From contig OZ219858.1 of NCBI GenBank assembly GCA_964291395.2, positions 384,001 to 448,000 on the forward strand: DNA of 64,000 bases, given 5' to 3'. The notes under the pieces were generated by a model. The model was not told the origin of the DNA. It was given only the letters and a program-made list of their open reading frames with translations, and did no database searches. The DNA comes from Alphaproteobacteria bacterium (GTDB lineage: Bacteria; Pseudomonadota; Alphaproteobacteria; UBA2966). The position numbers were made by a program, and so were the translations under genes. Position 1 is the first letter of the stretch. Each line of letters opens with the position of its first letter. Shown piece by piece: positions 27,910 to 37,974 of the stretch.

Positions 27910-28503
27910 TCAGCTACCCTTCTGGCCGTAGGCCGTGCCCCAGCCCCAGGCGCCGGAGCCGAAGCCGCGGGCCACCACCCGTTCCCGGTAGATGCCGGAC
28001 ACGACATCACCGTCGCCCGCCAACAGCGCCTTGGTCGCGCACATCTCGGCGCAGAGCGGCAGCTTGCCCTCCGCGATCCGGTTGCGCCCGTACTTGGCGA
28101 ATTCGGCGGTCGAGTGGGTCTCCTCCGGCCCGCCGGCGCAGAAGGTGCACTTGTCCATCTTGCCGCGGGATCCGAAGTTGCCCGCCTGCGGGAATTGCGG
28201 CGCGCCGAAGGGACACGCGTAGAAGCAATAGCCGCAGCCGATGCAGAGGTCCTTGGAATGCAGGACCACGCCGTCCTCGGTCTGGTAGAAGCAGTCCACC
28301 GGACAGACGGCCATGCAAGGCGCGTCCGAACAGTGCATGCACGCGACCGAGATCGAGCGCTCGCCCGGCTTGCCGTCGTTGATCGTCACGACCCTCCGCC
28401 GGTTGATCCCCCACGGCACCTCGTGCTCGTTCTTACACGCGGTGACGCAGGCGTTGCACTCGATACAGCGTTCGGCGTCGCAGAGAAATCTAGCTCTTGC
28501 CAT
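27910..28503 (-). CDS. fdhB: Formate dehydrogenase iron-sulfur (beta) subunit, FDH3-type
   Basis: Four 4Fe-4S cluster motifs (CIECNACVTAC, CMHCSDAPCMAVCP, CIGCGYCFYACP, CTFC...CAEMC). Confidence 0.95.
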   Translation of the reverse strand: MARARFLCDAERCIECNACVTACKNEHEVPWGINRRRVVTINDGKPGERSISVACMHCSDAPCMAVCPVDCFYQTEDGVVLHSKDLCIGCGYCFYACPFGAPQFPQAGNFGSRGKMDKCTFCAGGPEETHSTAEFAKYGRNRIAEGKLPLCAEMCATKALLAGDGDVVSGIYRERVVARGFGSGAWGWGTAYGQKGS

Positions 28504-28515
28504 CCCTGTGCCTCC

Positions 28516-31410
28516 TTATGCCGTATAAATCTTGCAGAGAGTCGACTTCGTCTCCTGCATCTGGGTGACCGAGTCGTAGCCGTAGGTCTGCGCCGTGTTG
28601 CTGCTTTCGCCCAACACGTAGGGATCGGCCCCGTCGGGATACTTGTGTCTCAGGTCCGCTCCCTCGAAATGCCCGCCGAAGTGGAAGGGCATGAAGGCAA
28701 CCCCGGCCCCGACACGTTCCGTTACCATGGCCATGACCTTGACCCTGGCGCCCTCGGGACCTTCGACCCAGACCTGCGCTCCGTTCCGCACGCCGAGATT
28801 GTTGGCGTCCCGGGGATTGATCTCGACGAACATGTCTTGCTGAAGCTCGGCAAGCCAGGGGTTCGAACGAGTCTCCTCCCCGCCGCCCTCGTACTCCACG
28901 AGGCGTCCGGATGTCAGGATCATCGGGTATTCCCTCGAAAAATCCTGCTTCTGGATCGAGGCGTACATGGTGGGCAGACGATAGAACTTGCGGTCCTCGT
29001 AGGTCGGATAATCCGCCACCAGATCACGCCGCGGGGTATAGAGCGGCTCCCGGTGCAACGGGATCGGATCCGGGAAGTTCCACACCACCGTACGGGCCTT
29101 GGCGTTGCCGAAAGGCGCACATTCGTGCTTGATGGCGACGCGCTGGATACCGCCCGAGAGGTCGGTCTTCCAGTTGGTCTTGGGGCCCGCGATGGCGTCG
29201 ATCGTCGCCCGCTCCTCGGCCGTCAGGTCCTTGTCCCATCCGAGATCCATCAGCATCTGCATGGTGAACTCGGGATATCCGTCCTGGATTTCCGAGCCGG
29301 CAGAATAGACGCCCTCGGCCAAAAGGTTCTCGCCGTCGCGTTCCACGCCGAACCGGGCGCGGAAGGTCAGGCCGCCTTTGGAGACGGGCTTGGACATGTC
29401 GTAGAGGTTGGGGGTGCCGGGGTGACCCATTTCCGGCGTACCCCAGGACGGCCAGGGCATCCCGTAGTAGTCCCCGTCGGCGGGACCGCCCACGGCCTGC
29501 AGCGTCGTCCTGTCGAAGGTGTGCTGGTTGGCCATGTGCAGCTTGATCCGCTCCGGCGACTGACCGGTGTAGCCGATCGTCCACATGCCCGCGTTGATCT
29601 CGCGGGTGATGTCCTCGACCACCGGCGCGTCTTCCGCTTCCATCGCGATGTTGCGGAAAAACCGGTCGGCCCAGCCGAACTTCTTGGCGAACTTCGCCAT
29701 GATGTCCTGATCCGGCAGACATTCGAACACGGGCTCGACGACCCGGTCGCGCCACTGGATCGAACGGTTCGACGCAGTGACCGAGCCGCGGGTCTCGAAC
29801 TGGGTCGCGGCCGGCAGCAGATAGACCCCGTCGGTGCGGTCGTGAAGGACGGCGGAGACGGTGGGATACGGGTCGACGACGACCAGCATGTCCAGCTTCT
29901 CCATCGCGGTCTTCATCTCCCTGCCGCGGGTCTGCGAGTTCGGAGCGTGACCCCACAGAACCATCGCCCGGACGTTGTCGGGCTGGTCCATGTTGTCCTT
30001 GTCCTCGAGAACCCCGTCGATCCAGCGGGACACCGGAATGCCCCTCAGGTTCATCAGGGATTTTTCCTTGCCGTCGGCACCGGTGATCTTGGCGAACTGG
30101 CCCTTCAACCAATCCAGATCCTCGCCCCATACGCGCGCCCAGTGGGCCCACGCGCCGGCGGAAAGGCCATAGTACCCGGGCAGGGTGTGGGAGAGCACGC
30201 CGAGGTCGGTCGCGCCCTGCACGTTGTCGTGGCCGCGGAAGATGTTGGTTCCGCCGCCGGTTGTGCCCATGTTGCCCAACGCCAGTTGCAGGATGCAGTA
30301 GGCCCGGGTGTTGTTGTTGCCGTTGGTGTGCTGGGTTCCGCCCATGCACCAGATCACGGTACCGGGCCGGTTGTTGGCCATGGTGCGGGCCACGCGTCGG
30401 AGTTGCTCACCCGGCGCGCCGGTCACCCGCTCCACTTCTTCCGGTGTCCATTTGGCCACTTCCTCGCGGATGCGGTCCATGCCCCAGACACGGGTGCGGA
30501 TGAACTCCTTGTCTTCCCAGCCGTTCTCGAAGATGTGCCAGAGGATGCCCCAAACCAGCGCCACGTCGCTGCCGGGGCGGAAGCGGACGTACTCGTCCGC
30601 ATGCGCCGCGGTCCGGGTGAAACGCGGATCGCAGACGATCAGCGGCGCGTTGTTCTGCTCCTTGGCCCGAAGGACGTGCAGGAGCGAGACCGGATGCGCC
30701 TCAGCCGGGTTGCCCCCGATGAGGAAGATCGCACGGCTGTTGTGGATGTCGTTGTAGGAGTTGGTCATGGCGCCGTAGCCCCATGTGTTCGCAACCCCCG
30801 CGACGGTCGTGGAGTGACAGATCCGGGCCTGGTGATCCATGTTGTTCGAGCCCCAGTAGGCCGCGAACTTCGTGAACAGATAGGCCTGCTCGTTGCTGAA
30901 CTTGGCCGAGCCCAGCCAGTAGACGCTGTCGGGTCCGCTTTCCTCGCGGATCTTCATCATGCCGTCGCCGATCTCGTCGATCGCCTGTTTCCAGCTGATG
31001 CGCTTCCACTGACCACCCTCTTTCTTCATCGGGTACTTGAGACGGCGTTCGCCGTGGGCGTGCTCGCGTACCGAAGCGCCCTTGGCGCAATGGGCGCCGA
31101 GGCTGAAGGGGCTGTCCCAGCCGGGCTCCTGGCCGACCCACACGCCGTTGTCCACTTCCGCGATCACGCTGCAGCCGACCGAGCAGTGGGTACAGACCGA
31201 TTTCACGGCCTGGACGGCGCCCTGGACCGCCTGCTGCGCGCTCGCCCTGGTCACCATGCCACCGGTGACTCCCATCGCGGCCAGCCCGCCGATGGCGAGG
31301 CCCGAGCCGCGGAGGAACGTCCGCCGGTCGACGGATGTTTCCGAAACGTTGGGCAGGATCGAAGTCCGCAGGGAGCGTCTCGCAACCCCGTTGGTCTTTT
31401 TCCTTAGCAT
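28516..31410 (-). CDS. fdhA: Formate dehydrogenase catalytic alpha subunit (Mo/W-bisPGD), Tat-exported, Cys ligand
   Basis: DRRTFL Tat motif, CTHCSVGC...C, HQARICH (Cys-His), RGHDNVQG. Confidence 0.96.
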   Translation of the reverse strand: MLRKKTNGVARRSLRTSILPNVSETSVDRRTFLRGSGLAIGGLAAMGVTGGMVTRASAQQAVQGAVQAVKSVCTHCSVGCSVIAEVDNGVWVGQEPGWDSPFSLGAHCAKGASVREHAHGERRLKYPMKKEGGQWKRISWKQAIDEIGDGMMKIREESGPDSVYWLGSAKFSNEQAYLFTKFAAYWGSNNMDHQARICHSTTVAGVANTWGYGAMTNSYNDIHNSRAIFLIGGNPAEAHPVSLLHVLRAKEQNNAPLIVCDPRFTRTAAHADEYVRFRPGSDVALVWGILWHIFENGWEDKEFIRTRVWGMDRIREEVAKWTPEEVERVTGAPGEQLRRVARTMANNRPGTVIWCMGGTQHTNGNNNTRAYCILQLALGNMGTTGGGTNIFRGHDNVQGATDLGVLSHTLPGYYGLSAGAWAHWARVWGEDLDWLKGQFAKITGADGKEKSLMNLRGIPVSRWIDGVLEDKDNMDQPDNVRAMVLWGHAPNSQTRGREMKTAMEKLDMLVVVDPYPTVSAVLHDRTDGVYLLPAATQFETRGSVTASNRSIQWRDRVVEPVFECLPDQDIMAKFAKKFGWADRFFRNIAMEAEDAPVVEDITREINAGMWTIGYTGQSPERIKLHMANQHTFDRTTLQAVGGPADGDYYGMPWPSWGTPEMGHPGTPNLYDMSKPVSKGGLTFRARFGVERDGENLLAEGVYSAGSEIQDGYPEFTMQMLMDLGWDKDLTAEERATIDAIAGPKTNWKTDLSGGIQRVAIKHECAPFGNAKARTVVWNFPDPIPLHREPLYTPRRDLVADYPTYEDRKFYRLPTMYASIQKQDFSREYPMILTSGRLVEYEGGGEETRSNPWLAELQQDMFVEINPRDANNLGVRNGAQVWVEGPEGARVKVMAMVTERVGAGVAFMPFHFGGHFEGADLRHKYPDGADPYVLGESSNTAQTYGYDSVTQMQETKSTLCKIYTA

Positions 31411-31516
31411 CTTGATACCTCCCTTGGCGCCCCGGACCGTGCCGGTTTGCCAGGTTTGTCGTCCTGATGGCCGCCGGGCGTCACGCTACCGTTGGCCATC
31501 CCGGAGAAAGAGTCCG

Positions 31517-31723
31517 TTAGAAACGGGCGCTTTCGTAGTAGGCGCGGGTATGCGCGGTATCGCGCATGCCCTCGCCGTCGTCTTTCGGGGCCGCCGCCTC
31601 CGCCGCCGTTCCCGCCGCCGCGGCAATCGCCGCCGCCGGAACGGAGACCGACGCGAGCTTCAGAAAGTCGCGGCGATTGGTGGTTTCGCCCTCCGTTCTT
31701 TCGCCCATCAGCTTCTCCTCCAT
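31517..31723 (-). CDS. Small twin-arginine-signal protein of the formate dehydrogenase region
   Basis: NRRDFLK, hydrophobic Ala stretch, C-terminal HTRAYYESARF. Confidence 0.85.
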   Translation of the reverse strand: MEEKLMGERTEGETTNRRDFLKLASVSVPAAAIAAAAGTAAEAAAPKDDGEGMRDTAHTRAYYESARF

Positions 31724-31760
31724 TCTCGTAGCCCGCCAGGGCGGGCCGGTTCAATGCGGG

Positions 31761-32384
31761 CTAGCCCGCGGTCATCTGAAAGGCTTCCTTCTCGATCTCC
31801 ATGAACACGCGGCCGGCGGAACCGACCGGAGCATAGAACACCGAGTTCTTCGCGCCCTCCAAATCCGTGAAAAAGTGCCCGGCCCAGGGGCCGATATGCC
31901 TGTCGAAGAATTCCCGCGATCGATCGATCGGGACGGGTTTGCCGAAGCGGCCCGTGATCATGCCCGCCATCATCTCCAGAAGGCTGGCGATATGATCTTC
32001 CGGTTCGTACACGTCGGGCGAGCGACCTATGCCAAGCATCCTCATGTCGTCCCGAAGCGCGGCCAACGGCTTCTCGTTCAGGAAGCCGGTCAGATAGTAG
32101 CTAGTGTACGGCAAAAGCTCGCCCCGGCCAACTCCTATAAAGAGCGCGGTGTACTCGCTTTCCGCGGCCTGGGGCGTGGTGGCCGAGGCCACCCGGCTCA
32201 GCGCCCGGATCGCCCGGCCAAGCTCGCTCTCGTCGCCCGAGAGGGCTGCGGATTTATCGAGCAGCGCCTGGTCCGGCGGCGCGGCCAGCAGCCTACCGAG
32301 AAAATCGTAGAGGTCCGCCCGAAGCCTGTCCTCCTCCGCTATGCGCGTCTCGAGCTCCGTCGACGTCATCGGGTCTTCTCCCAC
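31761..32384 (-). CDS. TorD/DmsD-family molybdoenzyme chaperone
   Basis: LFIGVGRGELLPYTSYY and EPEDHIASLLE motifs. Confidence 0.92.
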   Translation of the reverse strand: MGEDPMTSTELETRIAEEDRLRADLYDFLGRLLAAPPDQALLDKSAALSGDESELGRAIRALSRVASATTPQAAESEYTALFIGVGRGELLPYTSYYLTGFLNEKPLAALRDDMRMLGIGRSPDVYEPEDHIASLLEMMAGMITGRFGKPVPIDRSREFFDRHIGPWAGHFFTDLEGAKNSVFYAPVGSAGRVFMEIEKEAFQMTAG

Positions 32385-32394
32385 TGCCCGTCCA

Positions 32395-33004
32395 TCAGGC
32401 CGCTTCCGCCCGACCGTCGTCCGCGTCCGCGAACGTGAAGCGCATACGGCGTTTGGCCCGCCGCTCCGCCGTGACCTCCTCCTCGTCGTCCGGCGCGGGA
32501 GATTCGTCGAGAGGGTCCGCGCCGGCCTCGGCCGACACCGCCTCCGGTTCCGCGCGCGCGTCCGCTTCAGCCGCCGCCCGCGGCGGGGGCGTCCGCCTCG
32601 TTCGCCTCGTCTTGAGCCTGCAAGTGCCCGAGCATTCCCTTGCCCACCTGGTAGGCCGTCTGGAGGTGTTCGACGACCGTCGCGGCGTCGGTGAAGTCCT
32701 CCCCATAATCGACCAGTTCATCGAGGTTTGCGAGGATCGGGTTGGAGATCCAGAGCCGCCTCAGCGCCCGCCTGCGCAGGCGGTCGGGAACCGCCTTCGC
32801 CATGAACGCCGAGAAATCGTCCCCCTGCCCCAACGTGTCCGGATCGGGCAGGTTCAGCTCGGAGAGCACTTCGGCGTCCGACTTCTCGTCCACGACCTGG
32901 CCCGCCGCGTCGGCGCGCGCCTCGTCCGCAACCCGTTGCCGGGCGCGTTCCTCACCCGCCACCGCCGCCTTGCGGCGCGACCAGAAATCCTGGGGCCCGG
33001 TCAA
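32395..33004 (-). CDS. DUF3306-family protein, frameshifted near 32580
   Basis: TTG start coupled to the DUF3305 stop; FWSRRKAAV, LRRRALRRLW, LDELVDYGEDF in one frame and the RRMRFTF tail in another. Confidence 0.78.
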
Positions 33005-33567
33005 TGCAGCCGCTCCCCGTCGGGCCGCCGGGGAACGCGGTAGACGTCGGACAACTGGCGGATGCGCCGGTCGCCCTTGCCGTCCTCGACGAGATCGACC
33101 CGCTGTTTGCCACGCCGGCGCTTGACGAACTCCTCGTCCTGGTGGTGCCGCTCGACGAAATCGCGGACAAAGGCGACCAGCCCTTCGGGCATCGGCACCT
33201 GCTCGACGATCTCCTCTCCGCTGTCCATGTAGTCCTGCGCCTCGTAAGGGGAGGCGGTGGCGAGGAGGACTTCGACGTCCCGTTCCGCATCGTCCTCGGT
33301 CGCCTCGCGGAGCACCACGTAGACCGCCGGGACGCGTGCCGAGAGACCGGTCCGGTAAGCTTCGGTATCGGAGGCCCAGAGTTCCATCGGTACGGTTGCG
33401 GCGTGATATTCCACCACGTCCGATTCGCGCCGCAACTCGCGCCAGTCCGCCGCACCCGCGCCAGGCAGCACGCCGACGACCCTCCACGCCCAACGGGCCC
33501 AGCGGGTCACCCCCGGCGACTTGCGAATGACGATCCCCAGCGGAACCGACGCCTCGCACGGCTGCAT
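33001..33567 (-). CDS. DUF3305-family protein (start may be 33612)
   Basis: PGVTRW, ASPYEAQDY, VPMP, FVKRRR motifs typical of the family next to fdh genes. Confidence 0.82.
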   Translation of the reverse strand: MQPCEASVPLGIVIRKSPGVTRWARWAWRVVGVLPGAGAADWRELRRESDVVEYHAATVPMELWASDTEAYRTGLSARVPAVYVVLREATEDDAERDVEVLLATASPYEAQDYMDSGEEIVEQVPMPEGLVAFVRDFVERHHQDEEFVKRRRGKQRVDLVEDGKGDRRIRQLSDVYRVPRRPDGERLH

Positions 33568-33772
33568 GTCGAGCCACCCCCTGACTGGTGGCTGCACCGG
33601 CTCCGGCATCATGGCCGGCCCGGGCGCTCAAGCACGTCAAGTATGGGCACAACGTCCGCCGAGCAGCAAGCGAAAACTGACCGAAGCGGGCTCCGCCACT
33701 TGCCACGTCTTGCCGTGTAGGTCTACGCTTGTCGCGGATCGTCGCGGGAACCCCAATGCTCAGGAGGGGGAG

Positions 33773-35733
33773 TTGGCCAAGACGTTGATCCTGTGCGACT
33801 GTCTGGGGAGCCAGGAGCTCGACCGCGACAAGATCGAAGCCGCCGCCGGCGTCGCCTGCTCGCGCATTCACAGCTCGCTCTGCACCGCCGAGGCCGGAGA
33901 CGCGCCGAGGCCATCTCCCGGGGCTTCGCGATCATCGCCTGCCAGCAGGAAAGGGCGCGTTTCGAGGAGATCGCCGAGGATGTCGGTACCCCGCCACCGG
34001 GGTTCGTCGACCTCCGGGACCGGGCGGGCTGGTCGGACGAGGCCCCCGAGGCCGGTCCCAAGCAGGCGGCGCTGGTCGCGGAATCCCTGTTGCCGACGCC
34101 CCGGACCCGAGCCGTCGACGTGACGTCCGAGGGTCGTTGCCTCGTCCTCGGCCGCTCCGCGGTCGCGCTGCCGGCCGCCGAGCGGCTGTCCGGACCCCTG
34201 GCCGTCACCGCGCTGGTGTCGGACGAGCCCGAGGACCTTCCTCTCGACCGCGGATTCGAGGTGACCGCCGGCCGGCTGAAGACGGCGAGCGGGGCGCTCG
34301 GCGGCTTCCGCCTGCACATAGACGCCCTGCGCCAGATCGAGCCCGGGGGGCGCGGCGGGTTCGCACTGTCGGCTCCGCGCGACGGCGCGGAGACCGAATG
34401 TGACGTGGTCCTGGATCTGTCCGGGAATCCGCCGCTGTTTCCGGCGCCCGGGAAACGCGAGGGGTACCTGCGCGCCGACCCCGGGGATCCCAACGCGGTC
34501 GCCGCTGCGGTGTTCGAGGCCGCACAGATGGTCGGCACGTTCGAGAAACCCCTCTACGTCCGTCTCGAAGAGAGCCTCTGCGCCCACTCGCGGGCCGGGA
34601 AGACGGGCTGCACGAAGTGTCTGGATGCCTGTCCCACGGGAGCCATCGCGCCCGACGGCGACCACGTGGCGATCGACGCGATGATCTGTGCCGGCTGCGG
34701 GACCTGCTCGGCGCTTTGCCCGTCCAGTGCCATAACCTACGACGCGCCGCCGACGGCGGCCCTGTTCAAGCGGATCGAAACGCTGGCGGCGGTCTACCGC
34801 AAGGCGGGCGGCGCGGCACCCCGCCTTCTGGTCACCGATAACGGTTTCGGCGCCGAGATGATCGCGCTGTCGGCCCGCTTCGGGCGCGGCCTGCCCGCCG
34901 ACGTGATCCCGCTCGAGCTGGACACGCTCTCTCAGTTCGGTCATGCCGAAATGCTGGCGGCTTTGGGCACCGGGTTCGCCGCCGTCGACATTCTGCTGTC
35001 TCCCAGGAGCGAGCGCGATCTGCTGGACCGCGAGTTAAGCCTCGCCGCGGCGATGGGCGGCGGCGCGCGGCTGCGCCTCCTCGACGTGGCCGACCCCGAC
35101 GCTTTGAGCGAGGTGCTCTACGACGCGCCCGCAGACCCGCCGATCGCCGATCCGGTGCTGCCGCTGGGGTCCCGGCGGCAGGTCGCGCGCCTGGCGGCGA
35201 AGGCATTGAACCCGGGCAGCGACGACGTCCTGCCGTTGCCCGACGGCGCGCCATACGGCGCCGTACGGATCGACGTCGAGGCCTGTACCCTGTGCCTCGC
35301 CTGCGTCTCGCTCTGTCCGCCCGGAGCGCTCGCCGACAATCCGGATCGGCCGCAGCTTCGCTTCCAGGAAGACGCCTGCCTGCAGTGCGGTCTCTGCAAG
35401 CGGGTGTGCCCCGAGAGCGCAGTCACACTCGAGCCGCGCCTGGACCTGTCGGACGCCGCATTGGCGCACGAGATCCTGAACGAGGAGGAGCCTTACGAGT
35501 GCGTCGAGTGCGGTAAACCCTTCGGCGTGAAGTCCACCGTCGAGAGGATCGTGGCGGAGCTCGCCGGTAAGCATTCCATGTTCGCCAGCGAGGACGCGTC
35601 ACGCATGATTCGCATGTGTGACGATTGCCGGATCGCCTCGCAATACCACTCGGAGAACAATCCCTTCGCGTCCGGCGAGCGGCCGCGGGTCAGGACGAGC
35701 GACGATTACTTCTCGGACCGCAAGGATCACTGA
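33773..35733 (+). CDS. Multi-4Fe-4S protein (HdrA/MvhD-like polyferredoxin), frameshifted near 33900
   Basis: TTG start after GGAGG; LILCDC N-terminus in one frame, remainder in the 33793 frame with CTKCLDACP, CAGCGTCSALCP, CTLCLACVSLCP, CLQCGLCKRVCP, CVECG. Confidence 0.85.
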
Positions 35734-36512
35734 TGCTTGATCTCCGCCCCGAGGTCTGCCGGGCTGATCGTCGCTACGAAGGCCAGGATCGCCTCCAATT
35801 CGTCGAGCGTCAGCCGCAACGGCACGATGGGCGGCGGGCGGGATTCGTCGAACGGATCGGTCACGTCGGCGATTTGCGTGAAGGCCGGATGCGGGTTGAG
35901 CAGATAGAAGCCCTGGAACCGCTCCCGCCAGTCGCTCAATGTCCTGAGCACGCCGAACGAAGGTGTCGAACCCAGCCCCTTCATGCGGTTCTTGGGTCCG
36001 ACGACGTGGCAGCGTCCACAAAGGGCGAACGACAACCGCTCGCCGGCCACCGCATCGCCGCCGGTCGCGGTGTCGTCCTGTTTCACCGGCGCGCTGGCGG
36101 CGGCATAGAGCTGCACGCCGTCCGGCGCGAAGGCCTCGATCGTGCGCCGGCCGATGTCCGAGACGACCCAGTCACAGAAACGTCCCGCGTGCGTCGCACG
36201 CTCGCTTTCCCCGTCGGCTGGCGCGGCGTGGCACAGGTAGAGCGTCTCGTCCCGCGCGAACGCCGGGCGACCCGTTCCCACCGCTGCCCGCTGCCCGAGC
36301 AGGGCGTCCGCGGCGACGTTCGCGGTCAGATCGACCGCCGCGACCTTTATGCCGGTCTTCAGCGAGAACCGCGGGAGAACGTATTTCAGCAACCCGCTCG
36401 CGGCGAGATCGGGGTCGGCCGCCAAGGTGAACCGGCGTTCCTGGGCAACGGCCGCCGGAGCAAGCAGAACGATGCAGAGCGCGCTCAGCCCTCCTCTCAA
36501 CCATGCCGGCAT
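35727..36512 (-). CDS. Periplasmic c-type cytochrome with a TupA-like N-terminal part
   Basis: Signal peptide, SGLLKYVLPRF, DWVVSDIGRRTI, CGRCH heme motif, NPHPAF; GGAGGA RBS. Confidence 0.75.
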   Translation of the reverse strand: MPAWLRGGLSALCIVLLAPAAVAQERRFTLAADPDLAASGLLKYVLPRFSLKTGIKVAAVDLTANVAADALLGQRAAVGTGRPAFARDETLYLCHAAPADGESERATHAGRFCDWVVSDIGRRTIEAFAPDGVQLYAAASAPVKQDDTATGGDAVAGERLSFALCGRCHVVGPKNRMKGLGSTPSFGVLRTLSDWRERFQGFYLLNPHPAFTQIADVTDPFDESRPPPIVPLRLTLDELEAILAFVATISPADLGAEIKHQ

Positions 36513-36697
36513 GGGCGATCCTCCTCCGCTGCGCATGCTGTCGGTCCGTCAGGATGTCGGACGCGTCATGAGGATTTTGGGTTAGAATGGGTCGATGGGC
36601 AAATTCGTGGACCGCGGACGGGGACTCCCGGCGTTCCGGCGACGACGGCTGGCCGCCGCGTGAGCCCCAAGTCGTCCGTGGCGGGAGAGGATAGACC

Positions 36698-36910
36698 GTG
36701 AACGACGACCTGAACGATTTCAACATGTCTATGCGCAAGTTCCTCAAGCAGGTGGGGGTGACCTCGCAGCAGGCGATCGAGGAAGCGATGCGCGACGCCG
36801 GCGTCGAGAAGACCGCCGGCAAGACCTTCGCTGCCCGAGTGACTCTGACGATCGACGAGCTGGATCTCGCCCACACGGTCGACGGCCGGATCAGCGGAAA
36901 GGCCGAATGA
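36698..36910 (+). CDS. Small conserved protein (DUF6494-like)
   Basis: FNMSMRKFLKQVGVTSQQAIE signature; coupled to mrp. Confidence 0.75.
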   Translation: MNDDLNDFNMSMRKFLKQVGVTSQQAIEEAMRDAGVEKTAGKTFAARVTLTIDELDLAHTVDGRISGKAE

Positions 36911-37974
36911 CGGCTGCGCGCGACGACGTGCTGGCCGCGCTGAAGGGCGTCGTCGACCCCGTCAGCGGGCAGGATCTGGTGTCGGCCGGACTGGTGCGGG
37001 CCTTGACCGTGGAGGACGGCGCGGTACGCTTCGTCCTCGAGATCGAGGCGGCGCAAGCGGATGCCATGGAGGAGGTGCGGGCCGAGGCCGAGGCCGCCGT
37101 ACGGGGGCTTGCCGGCGTCGAAGCGGTCTCGGCCGTCATGACGGCGCACAAGCCTCTGGCACCTCCGCCGGAACTGAAGATCGAACGCCGGGCCGAGCCG
37201 CGGGGTCCGCAGAAGATCCCCGGGGTTGACCGGATCGTCGCCGTCGCCTCGGGAAAGGGCGGGGTCGGTAAATCCACCGTCGCGGCCAACCTCGCCGCCG
37301 CATTCGCCGCGGAGGGGCGCCGCGTCGGCCTGCTCGACGCCGACGTCTACGGTCCCTCTCAGCCCCGGATGCTCGGCGTCTCGGGGCGGCCCGCCTCGCC
37401 CGACGGCAAGACCATTCTGCCAATGCGAAACCACGGCGTGACCATGATGTCGATCGGCCTGATGATGGGAGAGGACGAGGCCGTCGTCTGGCGCGGCCCG
37501 ATGCTGATGGGAGCGCTTCAGCAGATGATGAACCAGGTTCAGTGGGGCGCCCTCGACGTGCTCGTGGTGGATCTACCGCCGGGAACGGGCGACGTGCAGA
37601 TGACTCTCACCCAGACGGCGGAAGTGACCGGCGTCATCATCGTATCCACGCCGCAGGACGTGGCGCTCCTCGACGCGCGCAAAGGTGTCGACATGTTCAA
37701 CAAGATGTCGACGCCGATCCTGGGGATGATCGAGAACATGTCGACTCACGTCTGCCCGAAGTGCGGGCACGAGGAGCACATGTTCGGCCACGGCGGCGTG
37801 CGCACGGTGGCCGAAAAGCTAGGCGTGCCGCTCCTGGCGGAAATCCCCCTCGATCTGGACATCCGGTTGACCGCCGACGGCGGCGCGCCGATCGTCGTCT
37901 CGAAGCCCGCATCGCCCCGGGCCGAGATCTTCCGCGGCGTCGCGCGAACCCTGATCGCAGACGGAAACGCGTGA
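36907..37974 (+). CDS. apbC: Mrp/ApbC/NBP35 Fe-S cluster carrier ATPase
   Basis: SGKGGVGKST, DADVYGPS, WRGPM, DLPPGTGD, ENMS..CPKC. Confidence 0.94.
   Translation: MTAARDDVLAALKGVVDPVSGQDLVSAGLVRALTVEDGAVRFVLEIEAAQADAMEEVRAEAEAAVRGLAGVEAVSAVMTAHKPLAPPPELKIERRAEPRGPQKIPGVDRIVAVASGKGGVGKSTVAANLAAAFAAEGRRVGLLDADVYGPSQPRMLGVSGRPASPDGKTILPMRNHGVTMMSIGLMMGEDEAVVWRGPMLMGALQQMMNQVQWGALDVLVVDLPPGTGDVQMTLTQTAEVTGVIIVSTPQDVALLDARKGVDMFNKMSTPILGMIENMSTHVCPKCGHEEHMFGHGGVRTVAEKLGVPLLAEIPLDLDIRLTADGGAPIVVSKPASPRAEIFRGVARTLIADGNA

Noticed and set aside
28114-31407. Very long antisense ORFs (also 58361-60688, 15702-17372 and 48144-50054)
   Set aside because: They are shadow frames of real genes in high-GC DNA and carry no recognisable motifs.
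28516-31410. Selenocysteine recoding in fdhA
   Set aside because: The active-site codon is Cys (ARICH) and the ORF is uninterrupted.
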